Below, piece after piece: positions 8,223 to 19,300 of a stretch of DNA of 64,000 bases. The notes below the pieces were generated by a model, which searched no databases, had not been told where the DNA came from, and saw only the letters and a program-made list of their open reading frames with translations. The stretch covers positions 17,335 through 81,334 of IMG/VR virus record IMGVR_UViG_3300020202_000067; one strand, 5' to 3'. The position numbers and the translations under genes are program-made. The first letter of the stretch is position 1. Each line of letters begins with the position of its first letter. This DNA is from a virus (Duplodnaviria > Heunggongvirae > Uroviricota > Caudoviricetes).

Positions 8223-10354
8223 TGGCTAATGAGCTTTTGACGCCTGCTGGAATTCAACGTCCTGGTCATGGCCAGGACCCTGGCGTTTCTATGCGCCCAT
8301 CAACGGTCCTTCTTTCGCCTGTCAGAGACCCGATGGGTGATGCGCTCAATGAGTTTTCTAGAGATCTGTCGGGCATTGCTGCCACATTCAAAGAACTATA
8401 TAAAACTCGTCAGGACGCGGAAGACAGATCATTTGTTGACAAATATCAACTTGAGTACAATAAGCGCGTCACTCCTATTGAAACGGACGCGCTCAATGGT
8501 CCTGATTCCAGCAAGCCAGACTTTGTGAACAAGCTGGATCAGCGCCTCGCTGAGACGCAGAATTCATTAATGGAAGAGTTGCTATCCAGCGGGCAGTTCA
8601 ATCCGAGCAAGAATGGCAAGGAGGCTGCAATTCGTGCAGCTATGCAATTGCGCATTGCAGCGGCTAGGCGTTCTGCTGTAACTGCGCACAACCAACGCGT
8701 TACTAGAGTTGTTGATGAGGCAACAGCGAATGTTGGAGAAGTGGCAAGGGCTTCTGGAGCAAGTGGAGAGTTGGATGCTGGCATAGACCGAGTTGACTCT
8801 ACCATTAAGTCTCTTGAGCGCGTTCTGCCTCCGGACAAATTGCGTGAACTGCAAAAGACAGCGCGTGAGCAAGTGGTGGAGAGCGTTGTTCGCTCTCATA
8901 TTGAGAGAGGCAATTTTGCTGCCGCTCGAATGCTGCTCGATCGCAATCGCGGCTATGCCGCCAACACGACGGAAGGTGCCATTGCCCAAGCTGCGGCCAA
9001 GCACGGAGTTGATCCAGCCTACCTTGTTGCGGCAGCGCGTGCTGAGTCTTCACTCGATCCTGGGGCGAAGCCAAGGGTCGATCCTGCAACTGGCAAGCGC
9101 CCGTCGAATGCGGCTGGCATTTTCCAAATGGTTCCGGAAACAGCCAAGCAATTCGGTCTTCCAGAAGACGCGTCCACAGCGCCGGTAGAGCAACAGATTG
9201 AAGCTGGCGCAAGGTTCGCGGCGCTCAATAAGAAGGTATTGCAGCAAGCGCTCAAGCGTGATCCAACGCCTGGCGAAATGTATCTTGCGCACTTCCTCGG
9301 TGCTGGTGATGCTGTTAAGGTGCTGACTGCGCCAAAGGATCTTAGCGGCAGAGGCGTATCTCTAGACGGCTTGGTCGGCAGCAAATCAATCGCTGCCAAT
9401 AAAGCCATCTTAGATGGCAAGACGACAGACGACGTTATTGAATGGGCGAACAGAAAAATGCTGGCAGCAGGTGCTGGCGGTTCAGCCAACTTCATCAAGG
9501 AAGACACGCGCATTGCATTGCTGTCCCAGCTTGAAACGCGACAGCACCAAATGGATGTTCGCGCTAGAGAGGAAGCAAATCGGCAGACCAAGCTGATTGG
9601 CGAAGCCTTCTTGAAAGAAGCATTCACACAAGCTAACAATGGAAGGCTCAGCCCAGATTATGTCGAGCAAATCAAGCCTTGGATTTCACCGACAGAATAC
9701 AAAGGTCTGCTCTCGACCTTGGGCAAAGAAGACAATATCGATGATCAAGCTGCGATCGTGGATCTGACCACGCGCATAGACACTGAAGATCCAAATGAGT
9801 TCATGACGCGTGCAACGGACTGGATGAACAAAGGCAAACTTAAGACCGGCACCTACACTGCGATGGTTCAGCGCAATCGCACAGCGTTCAGAGACGATCG
9901 TCCTGCCAGTCCGTTCAAGTCCGGTCGTGAACTTGTCAGCACCTCTTTGGATCCTGGCGCGCTGAGCACAGCCGGACCAGAGGCTACGCAACATATGCGC
10001 GTAGCCAGAGCAAATGCATTGATTGAATTTGACCAATGGATCGAAGCCAATCCGCAGGCCAAGCGCGAAGACATCATCAATGAGGCGCAAAACATTGTGC
10101 GTCGTTATGAGCCTGTGGCGCAAGAACGCATGAAGATGGCTATTGGACTTTCTCGCTATTTCGGAGACAAGTCGCGCAATGCCATTACGATGAAAGAAGT
10201 AGAAGATGCAGAATTGGCTCTGCATCGGGACATTGAGTCGGGAAGGCTCACGCCAGCGCAGCAAGGCTTTGAAATTCGCAAACTAAAGAACTGGCGCGAG
10301 ATCATTGCGCGTGAAACCGCGCTTAAGGCGCAGCAGCCTGGACAAAGGAAATAA
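8222..10354 (+). CDS. internal virion protein with lytic transglycosylase (SLT) domain, gp15-position
   Basis: 710 aa. AESSLDPGA...AAGIFQMVPETAK...YLAHFLG matches the SLT E-S / GLMQ / AYNxG pattern. Confidence 0.8.
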   Translation: MANELLTPAGIQRPGHGQDPGVSMRPSTVLLSPVRDPMGDALNEFSRDLSGIAATFKELYKTRQDAEDRSFVDKYQLEYNKRVTPIETDALNGPDSSKPDFVNKLDQRLAETQNSLMEELLSSGQFNPSKNGKEAAIRAAMQLRIAAARRSAVTAHNQRVTRVVDEATANVGEVARASGASGELDAGIDRVDSTIKSLERVLPPDKLRELQKTAREQVVESVVRSHIERGNFAAARMLLDRNRGYAANTTEGAIAQAAAKHGVDPAYLVAAARAESSLDPGAKPRVDPATGKRPSNAAGIFQMVPETAKQFGLPEDASTAPVEQQIEAGARFAALNKKVLQQALKRDPTPGEMYLAHFLGAGDAVKVLTAPKDLSGRGVSLDGLVGSKSIAANKAILDGKTTDDVIEWANRKMLAAGAGGSANFIKEDTRIALLSQLETRQHQMDVRAREEANRQTKLIGEAFLKEAFTQANNGRLSPDYVEQIKPWISPTEYKGLLSTLGKEDNIDDQAAIVDLTTRIDTEDPNEFMTRATDWMNKGKLKTGTYTAMVQRNRTAFRDDRPASPFKSGRELVSTSLDPGALSTAGPEATQHMRVARANALIEFDQWIEANPQAKREDIINEAQNIVRRYEPVAQERMKMAIGLSRYFGDKSRNAITMKEVEDAELALHRDIESGRLTPAQQGFEIRKLKNWREIIARETALKAQQPGQRK
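8975..9325 (+). other. SLT lytic transglycosylase domain
   Basis: aa 252-368 of the 710-aa protein. Putative catalytic Glu lies in the AES motif. Confidence 0.7.
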
Positions 10355-10358
10355 TTGA

Positions 10359-13300
10359 ATGGCTCCTCCGATTAAGACACCGTTCCCGGTTGCTGATTAC
10401 GCTGATCAAAATCCGACGACCATGGACATCCTCAAACAGAACGAGGAACAGATCGAATTGGCTAATGAAGGGCTAATTCCGCCGAAGAGCATGGCGGAGG
10501 AAATTGCTCCACAATTAGATGAGCTGCGTGCTTCTGAAGTCCGTCAGGCTTCACTGACTCCTGAGGACATTTTCATTCCTCCAAGCAATCCAAAAGAAGA
10601 CGACATCGCCTCGCAATATATTCAGATGGCGCAAGCACGCGACAATGACTCTGCCATTGAAGAGTTCAAGGAGCGTATGCGTGCGCGAGCGTCCACAATA
10701 GCTCCTAATGGACGACCGATGCTGCCAAATGCAGATGGGTCTGTCTCAACAGAAGAGAGCATCACGATAACAGATCCACGCATCAATGGCGGAGCACCAA
10801 CGAACATTCCTAGCATTTGGGGAGGACAGCGTCCTCCTTATAATGCTGGAACGCCTGAAGCGGAAAATTGGGCTGTTGAGAAAGCACTTGAGTCCAAGCA
10901 GCGCTTCCAATCGTATCGCTCAATCGAAGATGCTGTACAAGCCGCGCGTCAGCGCTCTTTGGAGTTAGGCAAAGCCATTGAGCGTGGCCGCCTTGAACAG
11001 CGCAGCGAAGTGAAGAAAGCTACCGACACCATCAATGCGATGGAGTCATTGATCGCGGGCAAGCCTATTAAGTCCGTGACAGAAGCGCAATCCATGACTG
11101 AACTTTTCGACATCATCATGGAACATGCTCAGAAGACTAATTGGTCTGATGCGCCTGGCGCTGTTGCCAAGGATATTGGCAAAGGCTTCTTCGTTGAAGG
11201 CGTTCCGCAGGCTGTCGGTGGCGTCAATCTGGCAGTCAAGAATACTTCACGCGCGTTGGCCGGTCTGGCTGATTGGATGACAACGAATGTTGGCGGTGAG
11301 ATCCCCGTTCCGTCAACAGGTAATAAGAAACTTGACCAAGCAATACAGCGCCCACTCGATTTCATCACCGAGTTGCTGCCTGGCGATGAAGGCATTAAGA
11401 AGGCGGAAACATTTACAGGCATCTTCATTAAGGAAGGTGCGCGCTTCCTCACCGGCTTCATCCCGCTGTTCCGTGCAGGTAAGGCGGCCGGAGCTGGCAA
11501 TATAACCACATCTATCGCTGCCGGCAGTCTGACTGATGCGATCACGCAAACGCCTGAAGAGCCGAACCTTTCTAATCTGATTGAGAAGGTTCCGCCGCTC
11601 AGAAACCCGGTGACGGAGTTTCTTGCCACAGACCCCAATGATCCTGAAGCCCTCAATCGCCTGCGTCAAGGCATTGAGGGCGCTGGCATGGGCGTTCTCA
11701 CAGAAGGTTTGCTCTGGGGAATACGCGCATTGGCCAATGCCCGTAAGGCAGTGCCAGAGCTTGAAGCGCAACGGCAATTGCATGGCGAGGTTGGTGACGG
11801 AACGGTTGTTGCTGCAACCAAGGACGAGCCTTATACCGCAGTTGGTGGAGCCAGTGCTAAAAACCCCTTCGTGCTCGACCTGACCTCAGAAGTGGCAAGA
11901 GAGGAAACTGAGCGTCGCCTGCGGGCGATCTTGACGGGACAAGCTGATGGGCCGGTGATAAAGCCTTCAACACGCCCGCTACAGGATGATTCCTTTGGCA
12001 CACGTATTGAAAAGGAAGAGGTGTTAGGCCTCATCGAGCGCAAGGCGCGGCCAGAAGAGATCTCTGCCCATCCGCTGATTCGCCGCGCAATGGAGCGACA
12101 GAAACGAGATCTTGAGGCGCCACAGATCAGGATTGAAGACATCACTCCTGAACATCGCGCGCAGCGCAAATTTGACTTTAATGGCGAGGAGGTCGTCGGT
12201 TACGACAAGGCCGTGCCGCGCCTTGCGGCTAATGCAGAAGCTTATGCTGGCTCTAACGGCGCCGCTGCGAATAAAGAAGCCATTATCCTCCTCGGCCCAC
12301 CTGCCGCTGGCAAAACAACCATTGGCGACAAGCTCGCGCGTGAGCTCAGATATGCCGTTGTTGATGCAGATGATGTGAAGGCCACGTTGCCCGAATATGC
12401 CGGTGGCGTAGGATCGACGCGCGTGCATCCGGAAAGCACGTTGATCAATGCCATGGTTCTTGAGGAGCTGGCGCGTTCCGGCAAGAACATGGTGATTCCG
12501 AAGCTCGGTCACGGCTCAGAACCAATAGTTGCCTTAGTACAAAAACTCAAGGAGCTTGGATACACGGTTGATGTCGTCAATGTTCGGATGGACGCTGAAG
12601 AAAATTACCGTCGGATGATCTCTCGGTTCATTCACACTGGCCGATTGATTGAGGAGAACTACTTTAAGCAGATCGGAGACCTTCCGACACAGACTTATGA
12701 ACGCCTCAAGAGAGAAGGATTGGTACGTGAAGCAGCCAACTACGATAACTCAACAGCAGCTCCAAAGCGCCTCGAAGCCTCAGAGCGGCTCGCAGCCGCA
12801 ATCGAGAGATCCGGAGGAGGTGGAGACGCAGCTTCAATTGGAGGCGCTGGAGCGCGCCAAGCGCCCCCGCAAATAGAGCGTCTGCGACAGGCCGCTGAGC
12901 CTGTTTACAATGACATGCTGGCGCAGCTCCGCGCCACTGGCATGAAGGAGGAAGAGGCTCTCGCCAATGCTGCTGTCGTGGCTGCACGCTATGCGGCGCG
13001 CGCCGAACGGCTAGGCACCGGCAAGACGGCGATGGATCTCTACAAGGAGTCAGGCCTGCGTGTCGAGCGGTCTGACGCTCCTCCGTCATCTGAGCGCTTC
13101 ATCGTCAATGCAGATGAACCGATGCCTTTCCGCCCAACCAAGGAGCAGACGCTTGAACAGCGTCGTGGTTGGTTTGGCACCGGTTACTGGATCAAAGATG
13201 GCAAACTGCACAAGATTGAAGAAGGCGCACTCGGTCCGCATGGCGATCATGATGGGTGGATCTCCATTGCCGATAATGCCAACAAGCTTGGAGTTGACGA

Positions 13301-16300
13301 AAAGAAATCTGCGGCTTTTCAAATTGCTACATATAATTTCGCGGATGCAAGCAAGAACAAGTGGGTTGACAAATTCTTCAAGAAGCATCCAGAATATGCA
13401 CAGGCCGCAGATGAAGGTACGCCGCTTCAAGACTTTGATTTCTTCGATAGCGACTTCAAAAAGTTTTTCGGAATGGAAGCGCACGAAGCGCTTGCTTGGC
13501 GTCCTGAAGGCATGTTCCGCATGCGCAAATGGCCTGATGGCCAACTCACCATCGACAATATTGATGCCATCAAGGACACTCGCAAATTCATTGAACAAGT
13601 CATGGCGCAGGAGCCGGAACTTCTCAATGGCGTCAAGAGGATCAGTGTCGCAAGCGCCAAGGATGATTCATACATCGATCTGACCGTTGAGCAATTTCTT
13701 GATGGCAAGTGGAAAGGCAAAGGCTACTCCTTCGAACAACGCGGCGCCGCTCCTCCTTTCTTCTCCGTCATAGACCGGGCCGTCGGTGGCGCCTCCTTCG
13801 ACAAGGGCTCGGCGGGCCAGTGGCTGGGGCTGTTGAAGAATACCGCAGGCGTCAAGCAAGAAGAGATCAAGTGGCGTGGCATCGACAAGTTCTTGGAAGA
13901 CCGCAAAGGCCAGATGGTCACCAAGGCAGAGATCGAGGAATGGTTGCGCATCTCTGAGGTGAAGATCAAGGAGATCAGGAAGGACAACGAAAAAGCTGGC
14001 TTCATCGATGAGGATGAAGTCATGGCTGAAGCTGACAGGATTTATCGGCGCTGGTCCAGTGGTGAAAATGTAACGGCCGACTACAGAGAAGTTGAGGCTG
14101 GCCCGAACATTGCCTTCGAAGTTATTGACAATCGCGGCATTGTTATTGAGAGGGTTTATTCTCCTGAAAGTGCTAGAGCGATCGCTGAAGATTTCAACCG
14201 TGCAATCAATGAACAAGATTTTGGTGCACTGGTAGATTGGAGCCAGATCGCTGCAGAACAGATTGCAAAGTCTGATGCAGCAGAAGTAACCCGCCACGGC
14301 ACTCACATCCTCCCCGGCCCAAACTCCAAGTACCGCGAGATCTTGCTGACTCTACCTGACAATGATCGTGTTGTTCCAAATCCTGCAAAAAGGGTTTGGT
14401 GGGTAGATGTTCCGGACAGTCCGGCACCGGCCATGGCCTTCAGCGAGGAACAGGTCGCACAAATTAGGTCTCGCTATCCGGAAGGAACTAATCTTCAGGT
14501 CAGGGAAGAAAACTTCACCGGCGTTGACGTCGCTGACAGCGGCGGCACCTTCCGTGTTGATGATCATTGGCACGAAGACAACGTGCTCGCGCATGCGCGC
14601 GTCACGGAGCGTGAGCTCGGCACCGGGCAGAAAGGCTACCAGTGGGTCAACACTGGTTCAGGCAACAAGAGTCAGATCTTTCCGTCATTGGAAGCGGCTA
14701 ACGGTTACTATTGGTCGCTGCCTGACAATCTGAAGTCACAGATCAAGCTTGCGCATGTCGAAGACCGCAAGGTCAAGACTCTCTTCATCGAGGAGATCCA
14801 GAGCGATTGGCATCAGCAAGGTCGCGAGCGCGGGTACAAGGAGCCGAATGCTAAAGCGGAGCATGAGCGCTTGACGCAGGCCCACAAAGATCTCATCCCG
14901 GAGATCAACAGAGTCATAGAGGAAAATGATCGTCTTGGATTTGATACCGTTCACGAGGCCAGAGGCGCGCTGTGGCGTGATGGAGTTGAGAGATGGGAAT
15001 TCAGCAAGCCAGAAGATCTTGAGATTGCCAAGAAGTACGTTGATGCTCTGAATGCGCTCAGAGAATTTGAAGCCAAGAAATCTGACAAAGCGGTTCCTGA
15101 CGCCCCGTTCAAGAAGAACTGGCATGAGCTTATGCTCAAACGCATGATCAAGCTCGCGGCTGATGAAGGCTATGACCAGATCGCATGGACCACGGGCAAG
15201 CAGCAGAATGATCGCTGGTCGCTGTCGCGTGAGCTGAAGCGCATTGAGTATGACGAAGCGACCAAGCAACTTCGCGCCACGCCAAAGAATGGACGTGAAG
15301 AACTGCACTGGCGCGATGTCGATGGCGAACGTCTGAAGGAGATCGTAGGCGCTGAGATGGCGCGGAAAATCCTGGAGACGCAACCTTCGTCAGTGAGGCA
15401 GGTTGCTCAGATCGAAAACGACATTGTCAAGTATGTCCGGGAATTCACTGGAGATGACAACTTCACCTTTCCTGCCGCCAATGAGCCTGGCAAATGGAGC
15501 ATTATAACTAATCTTGAGAGAAACAAGCCTGCGATGAAACGGCTTGTGCAAGAGTGGCAAGATGCTTCCAATGGCCGCCTTGTTGGCAAACGCATTCTCG
15601 AAGGAGAAGACCTTGAGCTAGGCGGCCAAGGCATGAAGTCGTTCTACGACCGCATGCTGGTCAACGCTGCCAATGATCTCGGCAAGCCGCACAAGGCGCA
15701 GGTGAAGCAGGGCGAGGTTGTTACGGGGCAGAGCCTCGAAACGGTGTTCAGAGGAGAAGCTCCGACTGCAGCGAAGTTGAATGAAGTGGTTGAAGACTTG
15801 CTAGACAAGCAGTCACAAGGCATTCTCACTGGCTTCTCCAGATCCGAAATTAAACATATTGCAATAATTGCAGACGCGATGGAGGGCGGGAAAACATTCG
15901 ATCAAGCGATGCAAGTGCATGGACTTGGGTCAACATACGCTCTCATGCAGAAAGTCGGTTACGATGTGGACATGCGGCCTGCCGTTAAAACCGAACCGGT
16001 CCACGTCCTAGAGATCACGCCTGAACTCCGCCGCACGGCGCGTGAGGATGGCTTTCGGTTGTTCCAGAACCCGCGTGGGTGGGAGGATGCACCCGGCGGG
16101 CCAGATTACTTTGGTCACCCAAAAGGCATCATCGACATCAAGAGCAATGAGGCTGTTGTCAAGCTGTTCCGCACGGCTGACGCTTCCACCTTCCAGCATG
16201 AAGCGGGTCACCTGTTCTTCTTCGAGCTCATGCGCGACGCCGCAATGGATGCAGCGCCCAAGCAGCTCAAGGACGACCTCGACACTGTCTTCCGCTGGCT

Positions 16301-19300
16301 GGGCGTGCAGGACGGCACCCAGCTCACCCGTGCGCACCATGAGCAATGGGCCAAGGGCTTCGAGCGCTACTTGGCAGAGGGCAGCGCGCCTTCACCCCAG
16401 CTCCAGTCCGCCTTCGAGCGCTTCAAGACTTGGCTGATTGAAATCTACCGGTCACTGACCTCCATTGGCGACAAGGAGATCACCGACGAGGTCAGGGGCG
16501 TGATGGATCGGCTGCTGGCCACTGACCCAGAATTGGCCTTGGCCGGGAAGGCACCGCTTGTTGGCCCAGCCGGGCTAACGGGCGACATCCTCGGTGCCGT
16601 GGTGCCCAGGTTGCAGGAGGCCGGGTTCGATGGCCTAGTGACCAAAAGCGTGGGCGGGAAGACCCGCGCCATGGCTCTTCCTGCCCAGCTAGCCGGGAGG
16701 GACAAGCTCGGCGCAGCCATGGAGGCCACCGAAACGGGCGTGCCCTCACAGGTAGTGGCCCAGGGATTGGTCGGCAGCGCGGAGGACGCCGCGAGCCGCG
16801 CAGGCATTGCGCGCGTGCTGCGGACCGATGACAGCCCGGTCGGGGCGACCGGCGAAGGTGCTATAGCACCGGGACCAGATGTCTATGTCAACTTCGGCCG
16901 TATCAATGAACCTGACGACGTCAAGCAGGTTATCCGCGACCTGGCAGACGCCTTCAAGGGCGAGATCAATGAAGCACGGCGCGGTGTGCAATCCAATGAG
17001 GAGACAATCAGACTGGCGGATCGCCTTGGCATGGGGGTTGACGAGCTGCTGCAGCGTCAGAAAGGTCAGCCCTTCAATGCTGAGCAAGCGCTAGCGGCAC
17101 GGCGGCTGTTGAACACGTCGGCAGAACAGCTTCTCGGCTTCGCGGAAAAAGCTGCGCTGCCGACAGCAACGCTTGCCGACCAATACAATTTCCGCCGCAT
17201 GCTCGCCGTGCATCAAGCGATCCAGACTGAAGTGATTGCGGCAAGAACAGAGACCGCGCGTGCACTTCAGTCCTGGGCGATCCCGGCTGGTGGCAATGTC
17301 GAGATGGCACGCAACATTCAACAACTCATCGATGGAGCTGGTGGCGCAAAAGTGACGCAAGAGCTGGCCAAGCGCATGGCCATTCTCAAGGCGCAAGGTT
17401 TGCCGCCTGCTGCCATTGACACTATGGTCAAACGTTCCTGGGCGGCTGTTTCTATGGACATGGTTAAGGAAGCCTTCGTCCTTGGCCTTCTGTGGAACCC
17501 CAAAACGCATGTCGCCAACTTCGCTTCCAATCTTGTCACCGCTGCGCAACAGGTTTACGAGCGTTCAGCCGCAAGAGCGATAGGAGACCTTCTCGGCACA
17601 GCAGTCAGTGGTTCACGCGTGGTTGATGGAGAGGCCATCGCCATGATGTATGGCTGGGTGACGTCGCTCAAGGACGCATTCCGCCTGGCAGGACGCGCTG
17701 CCGTCTATGGTGAAACAGGCCAAGCCATACCTGGCTCCAAGATGGACGAGCGCATTGGCGCGATCTCTTCTCGACACATTGCTGAATCACGTGGTTACTC
17801 TGCTGTTGAGACTCAACAGTTCGTCAGCTCAACAGCAGGGCGCGCCATCGACTTCATGGGAACAGTTGTACGTTTGCCAGGCAATGCTCTGGCAGCAGGC
17901 GACGAATTCTTCAAGACTATCGGCTATCGCATGGAGTTGCATGCACACTCTTTGCGGCAGGCGACAGACGAGGGCTATACTGGACCAGACTTGTGGAAGC
18001 GTATGATGGAGATCGTCAATGATCCTCCTGAGCACATTCGCATCGCGGCCGCCGACGCGGCGCTTTACGCGACATTCCAATCTAAGATGGGAGAGATCGG
18101 CACAGCAATCAGCATGGCGCGCAATGCTGGCAGCTACAATCCAACTTTCGCAGTGCTGCCATTCGTAAAGACGCCTACCAATATTCTGCGCTACACTTTC
18201 GAGCGCACGCCGCTTGCATTCCTTGTGAAGCGCTGGAGAGACGACATCGACGCTGGCGGCGCGCGGCGCGATCTGGCATTGGCTCGCATGTCAACTGGCA
18301 CTGCCATCATGGCTGTTGCTATGGACTTTGCAGCCAATGGACAGATCACCGGCACCGGTCCGCGCGAGCGCGGCCGCAAGGAAGCATTGATGCGCGACGG
18401 CTGGCAGCCATCCAGCGCTCTTGTTGATGGAAAATACTACTCCTTCAACCGTGGCGATCCACTTGCGATGCCGTTCACTGTCATGGGACAAGTCGCCGAG
18501 ATCATGCGTTCCAAGGATCTTGCACCAGAAGACTTTGATCAGCTTCAAGAGATCATGGGCGCGGCCATAGGCATCATGTCAACGACTGTTGTTGACAAGA
18601 CTTACTTCCAAGGCATTTCGCAGATCATCATGGCGATTGAGAGCTCAGAGAAAGGTTCTCAAGCTGCAGCCAATTGGATGAACCGCCAGGTCGGCGGCTT
18701 TGTGCCATTCTCTTCTGCGCAAGGAGTGGTGAAGCAATTCACGGATCCTGTGCAGCGAGAAGTCAACTCGATGTGGGATGGCATTCAGAACCGCCTGTTC
18801 TGGATGTCAGAAAATTTGCCCCCTGTTCGTGATCTCTGGGGCGAGGAGCGTAAGCCGGAAGAAGTGTTCGGTAAGGCTTATGATGTTCTGTCGCCAGCTC
18901 AGGTCACCAAACAGAAGGGCTCGCCCATTGATCAAGAGATCATTCGTCTTGGCGGCTCCATTGAGCGCATCAAGAAGAAGGGCGAATTCATGGGGGCTGA
19001 TGTCAACTTTTATGAATGGCCGAAGGTGTATGACGAATACGTGCGCCTCGCCGGCAATGAGCTCAAGCACCCTGCCTGGGGCGTGGGGCTCAAGGATCTA
19101 TTGAATCAGGTTGTTTCTGGCAAGCATGAGTTGTCTGAAGTCTACAACTTCATGTCGAATGGACCTGAAGGCGGAAAGATGGCATGGCTCAAGAATCAGG
19201 TTTCAGCTTATCGCCGTTTGGCGCAACAAGAGATTATGAACTCAGACAAGTTTCCTGAATTTGTTAATTACGTCAATACGCGCAGACAGCAACGGCAGGA

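Noticed and set aside
11129-15383. Antisense or alternative-frame ORFs inside the giant gene (for example 11129-11656, 13668-14306, 14736-15383)
   Set aside because: All are nested in an uninterrupted 9-kb ORF with recognisable domains. They have no RBS and junk-like composition.
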